A stretch of 64,000 nucleotides of DNA from an uncultured Gammaproteobacteria bacterium. GTDB taxonomy: Bacteria; Pseudomonadota; Gammaproteobacteria; Steroidobacterales; UBA11654. Position numbers and translations under genes: made by a program. The stretch is from the NCBI GenBank assembly GCA_902595845.1, contig CACJRN010000006.1:1531-65530 (forward strand), written 5' to 3'. Below are positions 1 through 8,951 of the stretch, piece after piece (the stretch's first letter is position 1; each line of letters opens with the position of its first letter). The notes beneath the pieces were generated by a model. It was not told the origin of the DNA, ran no database searches, and worked only from the letters and a program-made list of their open reading frames with translations.

Positions 1-1
1 A

Positions 2-823
2 AGAGGTTACAAACCAGGAGGTTCGAACTTAACATACGGCAGAGAGGATGAGGTTGCACAAATTGTTGTATTACCAACATTTCAAGAGGAAATTGTAGAC
101 GCTTTTGAGGTGGGACTTAAAACAGACCTCGCAGATGGCAGGGCGAGATTAAACGCGGCGGCATTCCTTTACAACTACGAAGGGCTTCAATACCAAGCCA
201 CAGACCCCGAGGTTTTTGAGGGTGGAGTTGGAAATATTCCTGACTCAGAGATATATGGCGCAGAACTGGAGCTCTCAACATTCTTGTCAGACTCAGTCAT
301 TTTGGATTTGAGAATGTCTTGGTTGGATACGGAAATCACAGCAGACCACTTGGCATTGGATAATGTTGAGTCTGAGGCAGCAACCAATGCATTGCTTGGA
401 CAAGGCATAGGGCTTTTTAGCAATGAAGTGCAAATTGCGCGTGCTGGAAGAATACAAAACGTCCGTGGCAATGAGTTAGCTAAGACTCCTAGCTTTACAG
501 GTAATGTTGCACTCAATTGGACCAATGAGCAAAACTGGGGAGAGTTAAAGGGCACGCTTCAATACACTTATCGTGGCGGCTTTAAACATAGAATTTTCAA
601 TAATTCACAAACAGATATTGTTCCAAACTATGATGTGCTTGATATCATGCTCGGCTTTTACCCATCAAGTGCAGAGAATCAGCATTTTGAAATCATCGGC
701 AAAAACCTTTTTGATCAGGACGGCATTAACGCCAGGTTTACCGATGTTTTTGGTGTTGGAGCAACAGGGGATGAACTGATAGCGCCAAGACAAATAATGC
801 TAAGGTTTGTTACACAGTTCTAA
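2..823 (+). CDS. TonB-dependent outer-membrane receptor, C-terminal part (5' truncated by window edge)
   Basis: Frame is open from base 2 (RGYKPGG...AFEVGLK), with beta-barrel strands, a KNLFD motif and a terminal Phe (PRQIMLRFVTQF). Confidence 0.9.
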   Translation, partial: RGYKPGGSNLTYGREDEVAQIVVLPTFQEEIVDAFEVGLKTDLADGRARLNAAAFLYNYEGLQYQATDPEVFEGGVGNIPDSEIYGAELELSTFLSDSVILDLRMSWLDTEITADHLALDNVESEAATNALLGQGIGLFSNEVQIARAGRIQNVRGNELAKTPSFTGNVALNWTNEQNWGELKGTLQYTYRGGFKHRIFNNSQTDIVPNYDVLDIMLGFYPSSAENQHFEIIGKNLFDQDGINARFTDVFGVGATGDELIAPRQIMLRFVTQF

Positions 824-833
824 AACAAAAGAA

Positions 834-866
834 ATACCTCTAGGCACAAAAAAAGCCTAGAGGTAT
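834..866. terminator. Perfect 12-bp stem-loop after the TonB receptor gene (terminator-like)
   Basis: ATACCTCTAGGC-ACAAAAAAA-GCCTAGAGGTAT; A-rich tract 5' of the stem gives a U-tail only on the minus strand. Confidence 0.6.
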
Positions 867-878
867 AACTAAGAATCA

Positions 879-1448
879 ATGGAAAAACACTTTATCCAAT
901 CTCAGCAACTCTTAAAAGACTCCTTTGAGCTCGCCTGGAGTGTTTATGACAGCGGCTATAGGCCCAACTATATTGTGGGTGTTTGGCGGGGCGGTGCTCC
1001 AATTGGGATAGCGGTTCAAGAGTTTTTAGATGTCCTGGGCGTTCAATCAGATCACATAGCCATCAGAACATCTTATTATTCAGGAATTGCTGAACGAAAA
1101 AAGAGCGTACAAGTTTACGGACTAAATTATGTAATCAAAAAACTCGAGTCAGAAGACTCTTTGTTAATAGTCGATGATGTTCATGATACCGGCGTGTCAG
1201 TAGACCAAATAATTAACGATATAAAAAAAGCATGCAAAAAAAACACGCCGGAAATAAAAGTAGCCACACCATATTTTAAACCAAACAACAATGAGACAAG
1301 CAGAACACCAGATTATTTTCTACACGAAACAGATCAATGGCTCGTTTTTCCGCATGAGCTGGAAGGCCTTTCTGCGAAAGAAATTGCCGAAAATAAGCCA
1401 GAGCTTTCAAGGCTAATAGATAAAATAGAGCCGCTTCTAAAAAAATAA
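879..1448 (+). CDS. Purine phosphoribosyltransferase family protein
   Basis: VGVWRGG and PRPP-binding loop LLIVDDVHDTG; C-terminal WLVFPHE. Confidence 0.85.
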   Translation: MEKHFIQSQQLLKDSFELAWSVYDSGYRPNYIVGVWRGGAPIGIAVQEFLDVLGVQSDHIAIRTSYYSGIAERKKSVQVYGLNYVIKKLESEDSLLIVDDVHDTGVSVDQIINDIKKACKKNTPEIKVATPYFKPNNNETSRTPDYFLHETDQWLVFPHELEGLSAKEIAENKPELSRLIDKIEPLLKK

Positions 1449-1495
1449 AGCAGCGTTACCAACCCGCTTGACAATCCCAACACAAATTGCAAACA

Positions 1496-1753
1496 ATGAG
1501 GCAAACAAAAACACTACCCGAAAATGAACTTGGGCTAGAGAAAATAACCAGGACAAGAAATGTTTTTTTGGTCTGGATGTTTGGCTTCTTTGTGTTTTTA
1601 TCCTTTGATCTTTTTGTTGAAGGGATTGTTTTTGAGTGGCTTGCTTGGAATGGAACTAAAAAAAATGATTGGTTTTTTGTGCTTTGGTGGGGCGCAGTAA
1701 TGGCCTGGTTTTTTCATGGCGTTTTCACACTTTATGAAAGGTGTTCGCAATGA
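1496..1753 (+). CDS. Small hypothetical membrane protein (2 TM)
   Basis: Two hydrophobic aromatic-rich segments; stop overlaps the next ATG (ATGA); start uncertain. Confidence 0.65.
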   Translation: MRQTKTLPENELGLEKITRTRNVFLVWMFGFFVFLSFDLFVEGIVFEWLAWNGTKKNDWFFVLWWGAVMAWFFHGVFTLYERCSQ

Positions 1754-2955
1754 TGTTTGACGTTCTAATCATAGGCGGAGGGCAGGCGGGGAGCATGACT
1801 GCTATAAACCTAAGAAAACAAAAGTATGAAGGCAGTATTGCGATCATCACAGAAGAAAGGCATCACCCTTACCAAAGACCACCTCTTTCAAAAGGCTTTC
1901 TATCAGGACATATCAAACAAGAAAGTCTGTTTTTTAAGTCAGAACACTACTATGAAAAAAACAACATAAAGGTTTTTCTAAAAAGCCGTGCAGTTGGCAT
2001 TGAAGCAAAAAAACAAAAAGTCATTTTAGAGCGAGGCGAGGAAATAAAATACAAAAAGCTTATTATCGCCACAGGAAGCAAACTCAACAAAATAACCCCA
2101 GAAGAGGACGAAAAGATTGTTTATCTTAACTCCATTGCCAATGCAGTGAACCTGAAAAAAAGACTCGAAGAACACAAAAGTATAGGGATTGTTGGGGCTG
2201 GATATATAGGGCTAGAGGTTGCAGCAACAGCAAAAAAAATGGATCTGAAAACAACCGTGTTTGAGACAGAAAAAAGAATTATGCAAAGATCAGCAAGTGA
2301 TGAAATTGCAAACTTCATAAAGAACTACCATGAGAAAATGGGTGTTGAGTTCAAACTGGGGTCACGGGTACAAAAAATATCGACTGAAAACAAAACAAGA
2401 ATCATTCTTGATGACGGACAAGTTTCAGACCCTGATTTTGTTGTTATTGGCGTAGGTGTGCATGCCGCTTGCGACATAGCTCAAGAGGCTGGAATTGATT
2501 GCAACAACGGCATTTTAGTTGACGAGACCTGCCTAACCAGCGAAGAAAACATTTATGCCGCAGGAGATTGTGTAAGCTATTATTTTTCTAGGTATGGCTC
2601 AAGGCAACGACTGGAATGTGTTCAAAACGCAATTGATCAAGCCACAATTGTTTCCGCAGCAATCATGGGTGAACCAACTGCTTATAAATCAATCCCATGG
2701 TTTTGGTCAGACCAATATGATTTAAAAATTCAAATTGCAGGCCTATCACAAGACAGCGATTTTTTGGTGACCAGAGGCAATAAAAATGACTGCAAGTTTT
2801 CGGTATGTCATTTTAAAAACAACAAGCTGAGGGCTGTAGAATGTGTGAACGACCAAAAAACATTTATGTTGGGAAAAAAGCTAATCGAAACAGAAAGCAA
2901 GATCACTCCCGAGGCAATTGAAAATATTCAAACAAACCTCAGAGACTGGAAATGA
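1750..2955 (+). CDS. FAD/NAD(P)H ferredoxin reductase (putidaredoxin-reductase-like)
   Basis: GGGQAG, PYQRPPLSK, GAGYIGLE, AAGDC, PWFWSDQY. Confidence 0.9.
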   Translation: MMFDVLIIGGGQAGSMTAINLRKQKYEGSIAIITEERHHPYQRPPLSKGFLSGHIKQESLFFKSEHYYEKNNIKVFLKSRAVGIEAKKQKVILERGEEIKYKKLIIATGSKLNKITPEEDEKIVYLNSIANAVNLKKRLEEHKSIGIVGAGYIGLEVAATAKKMDLKTTVFETEKRIMQRSASDEIANFIKNYHEKMGVEFKLGSRVQKISTENKTRIILDDGQVSDPDFVVIGVGVHAACDIAQEAGIDCNNGILVDETCLTSEENIYAAGDCVSYYFSRYGSRQRLECVQNAIDQATIVSAAIMGEPTAYKSIPWFWSDQYDLKIQIAGLSQDSDFLVTRGNKNDCKFSVCHFKNNKLRAVECVNDQKTFMLGKKLIETESKITPEAIENIQTNLRDWK

Positions 2956-3182
2956 GCATGAGGAAGGTTCTTGGCAGCATTTTGTTTTTTGGCTCTTGGC
3001 TGGTATATGCATTACTGATCTTTATTGCAGCTGACGCAGAATGGACGACTGCAGAAAAGTTCGGCATAGGAGCCGCTTTATATGGTGTAAGCTGGATAAC
3101 CTTTGTAGCGGGCAGCATATTGCTTGGGCCAGACTTTATAGAAAAGATTAAACTAATGATAAAACCTAAAAATAAAAAATAA
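2952..3182 (+). CDS. Small hypothetical membrane protein (2 TM)
   Basis: Two hydrophobic helices and a basic tail; ATGA overlap with the upstream gene. Confidence 0.65.
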   Translation: MSMRKVLGSILFFGSWLVYALLIFIAADAEWTTAEKFGIGAALYGVSWITFVAGSILLGPDFIEKIKLMIKPKNKK

Positions 3183-3183
3183 G

Positions 3184-4539
3184 ATGCCATCATTTAAAAA
3201 CTTAGTTGATGATAAAAAAAACACCGAACCAGGCGATGTCGTGACGACAAAAAAAGCAGGCGGGCTAACATTTGATTTTAGTTTTCAGCGCTTCTCCGAA
3301 ACATATCTTGATTCATTTATAGAGCATGTAAAAGAAGCAAAAGTCATTGAAAGGTTTGACGCAATTTATTCAGGAGAACAAGCAAACACAACAGAAAACA
3401 GACCAGTTGACCACTTTGGTTATAGAAAAGAAAACAGCGCTAGAGAGCAAAGTGTTTTAGATGAACAAGAGAAAGCATTGGTTCTGAGCGAACATATCAA
3501 TAAACAAGAATATGAAGCAATCATCTTTTTTGGTATCGGCGGCTCACAACTTGGGCCCGAGCTAATTCAACAAACACTCTGCTATAACAAAAACAAAAAA
3601 ATCGTTTTTATAACTGGAAGCGATCCACTGGAGGCTGAATTTAAAACAAAAGGCTTAAACCTTGATGCATGCGCTTTTATCTTGGCGTCAAAATCTTTTT
3701 CCACCATAGAGACATTAAAATCATTTGAGCTGGTGACCCAAAAAGCACACATGCAAAACACATATGCAATTACATCAAACATCGCTGGAGCAGAAGCCTT
3801 CGGCGTATCGCGCAAAAATATACTGACCTTTAGTGAGGCAACCGGAGGCAGGTTTTCGATTTGGTCTCCAATCAACCTGCTTTTCTTGATACAGTTGGGC
3901 GAACAATCCATAGAAGAGTTCTATTTGGGAGGACGAGAGGCAGACGAAAGCCTTTTAAACGCCAGAACACTAGACACTCCTGCAAGTGTTTATATGTCTG
4001 CCCAAGACATTCTACACAACAATATTTTGGACAATGAAACAACAGTAATCCTCGCATATGATTGGCCACTCAGAGGTTTTTATAAGTTCGCTCAACAGCT
4101 TGAGATGGAGTCAAATGGTAAACGAGTAGATCAAAACGGGAATAATATAGATTATCAAACAAACCCAATTGTTTGGGGTGGTTACGGCCCGGTATCCCAG
4201 CACTCTTTTTACCAGCAAATCTTTCAGGGTACAAAAGACATGAACCTATACTTTCTTGCCTCAAGAGAGAATGAAAAGAAGCTCAACACGGCACAATACC
4301 AAGGGCAAACAGATAGTTTATCAGAAGGAACAAAAGCCAATATCCCACCACATAAACAGGTAAGCACAAGGCGCTTCACCACCATAGAAATGGAAAGCAT
4401 ATCACCTAGGACAGTAGGCAATCTAATTGCTACATGGGAGAATAAAACCATTCTTAATAGCCTTCTTTGGAACGTCAATGCATTTGACCAGTGGGGCGTC
4501 GAGCTAGGAAAAGTAAACACAAAAAAATACTTAAAATAA
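3184..4539 (+). CDS. pgi: Glucose-6-phosphate isomerase (short form)
   Basis: GIGGSQLG, ASKSFSTIET, GGRFSIWS, QQLEMESNGK, QHSFYQ, AFDQWGVELGK. Confidence 0.93.
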   Translation: MPSFKNLVDDKKNTEPGDVVTTKKAGGLTFDFSFQRFSETYLDSFIEHVKEAKVIERFDAIYSGEQANTTENRPVDHFGYRKENSAREQSVLDEQEKALVLSEHINKQEYEAIIFFGIGGSQLGPELIQQTLCYNKNKKIVFITGSDPLEAEFKTKGLNLDACAFILASKSFSTIETLKSFELVTQKAHMQNTYAITSNIAGAEAFGVSRKNILTFSEATGGRFSIWSPINLLFLIQLGEQSIEEFYLGGREADESLLNARTLDTPASVYMSAQDILHNNILDNETTVILAYDWPLRGFYKFAQQLEMESNGKRVDQNGNNIDYQTNPIVWGGYGPVSQHSFYQQIFQGTKDMNLYFLASRENEKKLNTAQYQGQTDSLSEGTKANIPPHKQVSTRRFTTIEMESISPRTVGNLIATWENKTILNSLLWNVNAFDQWGVELGKVNTKKYLK

Positions 4540-4548
4540 CAACCCCCG

Positions 4549-5748
4549 ATGCCCAAAGGAAAGGAACCCATTTTAATTGTTGGCGGAGGCCCGGTTGGAC
4601 TAACGACAGCATTAAGATTGAGCCAGTTTGGGGTCAGATCAATAGTTTTAGAGAAAAACAAAACAGTCCAAAACGAGCTCAGGGCAAGCACTTTTCATCC
4701 TCCCACCATTGAAATGTTAGACGAGCTTGGTGTCGCTGCAGAGTTAATATCAATAGGGCTGAAAACAAAATGCTGGCAGTTCAGGGTGCATGAAACGGGC
4801 GAAAAGGCGGTATTTGATTTAGGACATATAGCACAGGACACAAAATACCCTTATAGGCTTCAAGTTGAACAAAAAGAGCTTTGTAGACTTGCTACAAACA
4901 AAGCAGAGGCTGATGAGAACATTGAACTAAGAATGGGTCACAAGTTTGAGGGGTTGAGACAAAAAGAAGGGTTTGTTGAAATAAAGGTCAGGAATAAAAA
5001 CCATAAAGAATATAAAATCGAAACCCCGATTTTGATTGCTGCAGACGGAAGCAGTAGCGAGATAAGAAAAACCATGGATTTGGAGTTCCCTGGGTTAACC
5101 TACCCAGAAACATCCATATTGGTGGCCACTGAGTTTCCCTTTCATGAGCACATTAACGGTCTTTCAAACGTGAACTATGTTTGGAGCAAATGGGGAACTT
5201 ACTCATTGCTTAAATTGCCTGGTATATGGCGTTGTTCATTATACCCAGATGTAAACGAGAGCATTGAACATGCTGTGAGACCAGAAAGCATCAGCGAAAA
5301 ATTAAACCGAATCGTGCCAAATCAGAATGACTTTAGGGTGTTAGAGGTTAGGCCATATAAGATTCATCAAAGAATATTAAAAAAATATCACCACGGAAGG
5401 GTTGTCTTTGTAGGAGATGCAGCGCATCTGAATAGCCCATCTGGCGGCATGGGAATGAATGGCGGTATACACGACGGGTGGAATCTCGCTGAAAAATTAA
5501 AAGAAATACTTTTTGATGGGCGGCCTCTAACAAGATTGGATGTTTATAGTGAACAAAGACAAAAAATAGCTGAAAATGAAATTTTAAAAAATGCACATAA
5601 AAACAGATCAAGAATGCAAGAAAGAGACGAAAGCATTAGGATAGCAGAGCTAAAAGAGCTGAAAAAAATAGCAAGCGACCCCGAAAGGGCCAGAGAGTTT
5701 TTGTTGAGGTCAAGCATGATTGCAGGACTGAGAGAAATTGAAAGCTAA
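4549..5748 (+). CDS. FAD-dependent monooxygenase, MhpA/PHBH-like aromatic hydroxylase family
   Basis: GGGPVG, AADGSSS, GDAAHLNSPSGGMGMNGGIHDGWNL. Confidence 0.88.
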   Translation: MPKGKEPILIVGGGPVGLTTALRLSQFGVRSIVLEKNKTVQNELRASTFHPPTIEMLDELGVAAELISIGLKTKCWQFRVHETGEKAVFDLGHIAQDTKYPYRLQVEQKELCRLATNKAEADENIELRMGHKFEGLRQKEGFVEIKVRNKNHKEYKIETPILIAADGSSSEIRKTMDLEFPGLTYPETSILVATEFPFHEHINGLSNVNYVWSKWGTYSLLKLPGIWRCSLYPDVNESIEHAVRPESISEKLNRIVPNQNDFRVLEVRPYKIHQRILKKYHHGRVVFVGDAAHLNSPSGGMGMNGGIHDGWNLAEKLKEILFDGRPLTRLDVYSEQRQKIAENEILKNAHKNRSRMQERDESIRIAELKELKKIASDPERAREFLLRSSMIAGLREIES

Positions 5749-5756
5749 ATAGATTA

Positions 5757-6479
5757 ATGATGAAAGACTACGCAAGGAAAGGAAGGCTGGCAGTTGCAAC
5801 GCCGCAGGCCAACCCAACAGTTGAGGCTGAGCTGAGGAGAATGCTGCCATATGATGTTGATTACTGTACTTTGAGACTTGTGAGCGAAAGCAGCGACCCA
5901 AAAACACGATTAATTGAATATTTAACAACGCTTCCCGAAACAATAAAAAGTCAGCTTTCAGGAATGGCTGCTGACACACTGCTTTTTGGGTGTACAGCTA
6001 GTTCATACCTAACAGATGAAAAAACAGAAAAAGACGTCATGGCAGAGGCAAGTGAGATCCTCAACGGGGCTGAAATAATTAATGCTGCAAAAGCAATCAA
6101 AAAATACTTTACCCAGAACAAGATAAAAAAAATTGCCATTTTGACCCCATATCCTCAGTGGCTTCAAGAGCATGCAATGAGATACTGGACAGAACAAGGT
6201 ATTGAAGTGGTTGCCACAGAGCAGGTTGATATTGGCGGAGAGGACACCTATAAAATTTATGAACTATCATCCAATGACGCAAAGCCTGGCCTAATAAACC
6301 TTATGGAAGCTGATTGCGAGGCAATTTTAATCTCTGGTACAGGTATGCCATCTCTGAGGTTGATTGCTGAGTTTAATCAACCAAGTAAAAAAATCATTTC
6401 ATCCAACTACGCAATGACCATAATTGGGTTATCCTATCTTGGTTTGAAACCAAAAAAACAAACCGAGTGGTTTTCGTAA
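5757..6479 (+). CDS. Asp/Glu racemase superfamily protein (maleate isomerase / arylmalonate decarboxylase-like)
   Basis: PQANPTVEAE, FGCTASS, ILTPYP, ISGTGMP, ISSN. Confidence 0.82.
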   Translation: MMKDYARKGRLAVATPQANPTVEAELRRMLPYDVDYCTLRLVSESSDPKTRLIEYLTTLPETIKSQLSGMAADTLLFGCTASSYLTDEKTEKDVMAEASEILNGAEIINAAKAIKKYFTQNKIKKIAILTPYPQWLQEHAMRYWTEQGIEVVATEQVDIGGEDTYKIYELSSNDAKPGLINLMEADCEAILISGTGMPSLRLIAEFNQPSKKIISSNYAMTIIGLSYLGLKPKKQTEWFS

Positions 6480-6504
6480 AAACAAACAAAAAAACAAAAA
6501 GAAT

Positions 6505-7992
6505 ATGACACCAAAGATCGTAACCAGCTTCATAGGGGGGGAATGGGTAGAGCCCAATGAGAGCTCACACAAAATAAAAATAATTCATCCGGCAGATGAA
6601 CAACATATCTCAACCCTTTATGAGGCAGACACCAATGAAGTGAGCAATGCTGCAGAGACAGCAAAAAAAACATTTGATAGTGGCGTGTGGTCAAATGCGA
6701 GTGTCGACGATAGAAAAAGCGTTTTGTTGGCAATCAAAGATCTCATTATTGAGAACAAAGAGGAGATCGCAGAACAAGAGGTAATGAATACAGGTGCGCC
6801 AATAGCACAAGCCTATGGCAGACAAATACCTAGAAGTGCGATGAACTTCGAATTTTTTGCCGAATTTATTTCTCAAGCCTCAAGCCCCGTCTTTGATCAA
6901 AACCCAGATTATATTACCTATGTCAGAAGAGAGCCGATTGGTGTTGCTGGCTTAATCGCTCCATGGAATGCACCGATGGCATTAGCAACAATGAAAATTG
7001 CAGGAGCAATTGCTTTTGGGAATAGCTGCATATTAAAACCATCTGAATTAACACCACTTGGATTTGTTCCATTTATGAATTTACTCAAAAAAGCAGGCCT
7101 GCCAGACGGCGTGATAAACATGGTCAATGGAAGAGGGTCAGTAACAGGTACTGCGATCACACAAAATGAAAACATCGATGTAATCGCCTTTACTGGGGGG
7201 ACTGAGACAGGAAGGGTCATAGGCGCAGAGTCGGGCAAAACACTTAAAAAAATTGTTACTGAACTGGGCGGTAAATCAGCAAACATTATATTTTCAGACG
7301 CAGATTTTGAACGAGCACTGGACGCAGCAATGGTTGCAATATTTTCAAATAACGGGCAACAATGCTTAGCTGGTTCCAGAATCCTTGTTGAAAAACCCAT
7401 TGCAAAGGAGTTTAAAAAAAGGATGGTAGAAAGAGCGAGAAACTTGATTATCGGCGATCCTTTTGACTCAAAAACAGAGATTGGCCCCCTTATTTCAAAA
7501 GAGCAAATTGAGAAAGTCATGTCTTTTGCTCAAACAGCCGAAGAATCCGATGACACCAACATACTTTGTGGAGGAAAGCGATGTGAGTCCTTTCAAAAAG
7601 GTTATTATTTTGAACCCACCATTGTAGAAACGAAGAGCAATCAAAACACTGTATGCCAAGAAGAAATTTTTGGCCCTTTCGCGACCATTCTCGAGTTTGA
7701 TGGCATTGATGAGGCAATAGAATTAGCCAATGACAGCGAGTTTGGTTTGGTGTCATATATATGGTCTACTGACATTAGGAAAATCATGCGAGCTCAAGCC
7801 GAAATAAGAGCGGGAGTGGTTTGGGTCAATACGCCCCTGATGAGAGAGCTCAGAGCACCATTTGGGGGGTATAAAAACTCTGGAATTGGCAGAGATGGAG
7901 GCGAATGGAGCAGAAATTTATTCACGGAGGAAAAAACCGTATCCATTCCATTAAAAGACTTTCCAATTACAAAGCTCGGGGAAAACGATTGA
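6505..7992 (+). CDS. Aldehyde dehydrogenase, hydroxymuconic-semialdehyde dehydrogenase-like
   Basis: APWNAP, FTGGTETG, ELGGKSA, NNGQQCLAGSR, EEIFGP, RELRAPFGGYKNSGIGR. Confidence 0.88.
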   Translation: MTPKIVTSFIGGEWVEPNESSHKIKIIHPADEQHISTLYEADTNEVSNAAETAKKTFDSGVWSNASVDDRKSVLLAIKDLIIENKEEIAEQEVMNTGAPIAQAYGRQIPRSAMNFEFFAEFISQASSPVFDQNPDYITYVRREPIGVAGLIAPWNAPMALATMKIAGAIAFGNSCILKPSELTPLGFVPFMNLLKKAGLPDGVINMVNGRGSVTGTAITQNENIDVIAFTGGTETGRVIGAESGKTLKKIVTELGGKSANIIFSDADFERALDAAMVAIFSNNGQQCLAGSRILVEKPIAKEFKKRMVERARNLIIGDPFDSKTEIGPLISKEQIEKVMSFAQTAEESDDTNILCGGKRCESFQKGYYFEPTIVETKSNQNTVCQEEIFGPFATILEFDGIDEAIELANDSEFGLVSYIWSTDIRKIMRAQAEIRAGVVWVNTPLMRELRAPFGGYKNSGIGRDGGEWSRNLFTEEKTVSIPLKDFPITKLGEND

Positions 7993-8942
7993 AGAACTAC
8001 AAAATAAGTCCTTTTCATACAGCGTTTATAATCAGTATCGCTTTTTTATTCGGATATATTTCTCTCGCATCAATGGGCTATATGCTATCTATTGAGCCAG
8101 GCCTCTCCATCGGGGGCATTTCAAGATGGTGTGAAAGAATAGTGGATGGAATATTCAGAGAGCCTGCGAACGCGCTCAGCAACCTTGGATTCATGGTTTC
8201 TGGCTTGCTCATGTTTAAAGTCTTGTCTGATGAGAAAACAAGGGATAACCAAAGGTTTTACGGGGTGAACAAAACATCAGGAATTTTTGCCGCGGCGGTT
8301 ATTTATTTGGGGCCAGGATCAATGCTGATGCATGGTACACACACCGAGTGGGGCCAGTGGGCAGACAACCTTAGTATGGTGATGTTTATTGTTTTTCCTT
8401 GGATCTATAATCTCAAATGCATGGGCGGCTGGAGCGATAAAGGCTTCGTACAGGTTTATGTCTTGGTGGTGATTGCCTATGCGGTCACCCGATGGATTTT
8501 TGGTGACGGCCTTGGTATCGGACTAGACCTTTTTGGCCTTTCAATTGGGCTTTGGGTTATCTCTGAGTCTTTGCACAGGTTTTGGTCGCCAACATTTAGA
8601 TGGGCATCAGGGTTCGTGGGCTTTATCGTTGCAGCCGCTTTTGGAATAATGCCAACGGAGATCCTTCAGGATCCAGAGACATATTGGTGGACCATTCTTT
8701 TTTGGGTCCCAGCAATTTTTTCAAAACAAGCCCCAGACACCGAAAGAACATATAACCCATGGTTTTATCTAGGTGTTGTGACCTATATTACAGCTTTTAC
8801 AATATGGCTCAATCAGTGGTCAGACCTATTATGCTACCCTGATTCATGGTTCCAGCCACATGCAGCTTGGCACTTGCTTTCAGCGCTCTCAACATGGTTC
8901 TTTTTTGTGTTTTTTAGAACAGAAAAAATTATCAAAGCATGA
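7989..8942 (+). CDS. Alkaline ceramidase-like (CREST superfamily) integral membrane hydrolase
   Basis: WCE...REPANALSN, GSMLMH (SxxxH), WADN, HAAWH (HxxxH) and multiple TM helices; TTG start at 7989 overlaps the upstream TGA. Confidence 0.8.
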   Translation: MKNYKISPFHTAFIISIAFLFGYISLASMGYMLSIEPGLSIGGISRWCERIVDGIFREPANALSNLGFMVSGLLMFKVLSDEKTRDNQRFYGVNKTSGIFAAAVIYLGPGSMLMHGTHTEWGQWADNLSMVMFIVFPWIYNLKCMGGWSDKGFVQVYVLVVIAYAVTRWIFGDGLGIGLDLFGLSIGLWVISESLHRFWSPTFRWASGFVGFIVAAAFGIMPTEILQDPETYWWTILFWVPAIFSKQAPDTERTYNPWFYLGVVTYITAFTIWLNQWSDLLCYPDSWFQPHAAWHLLSALSTWFFFVFFRTEKIIKA

Positions 8943-8951
8943 ATTGCTGAT

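Noticed and set aside
1468-1497. TTGACA -35 box before the small membrane protein gene
   Set aside because: The correctly spaced -10 is poor and would overlap the start codon
6480-6504. A/C-rich tract AAACAAACAAAAAAACAAAAAG
   Set aside because: Low-complexity spacer, too short and irregular to be a repeat array
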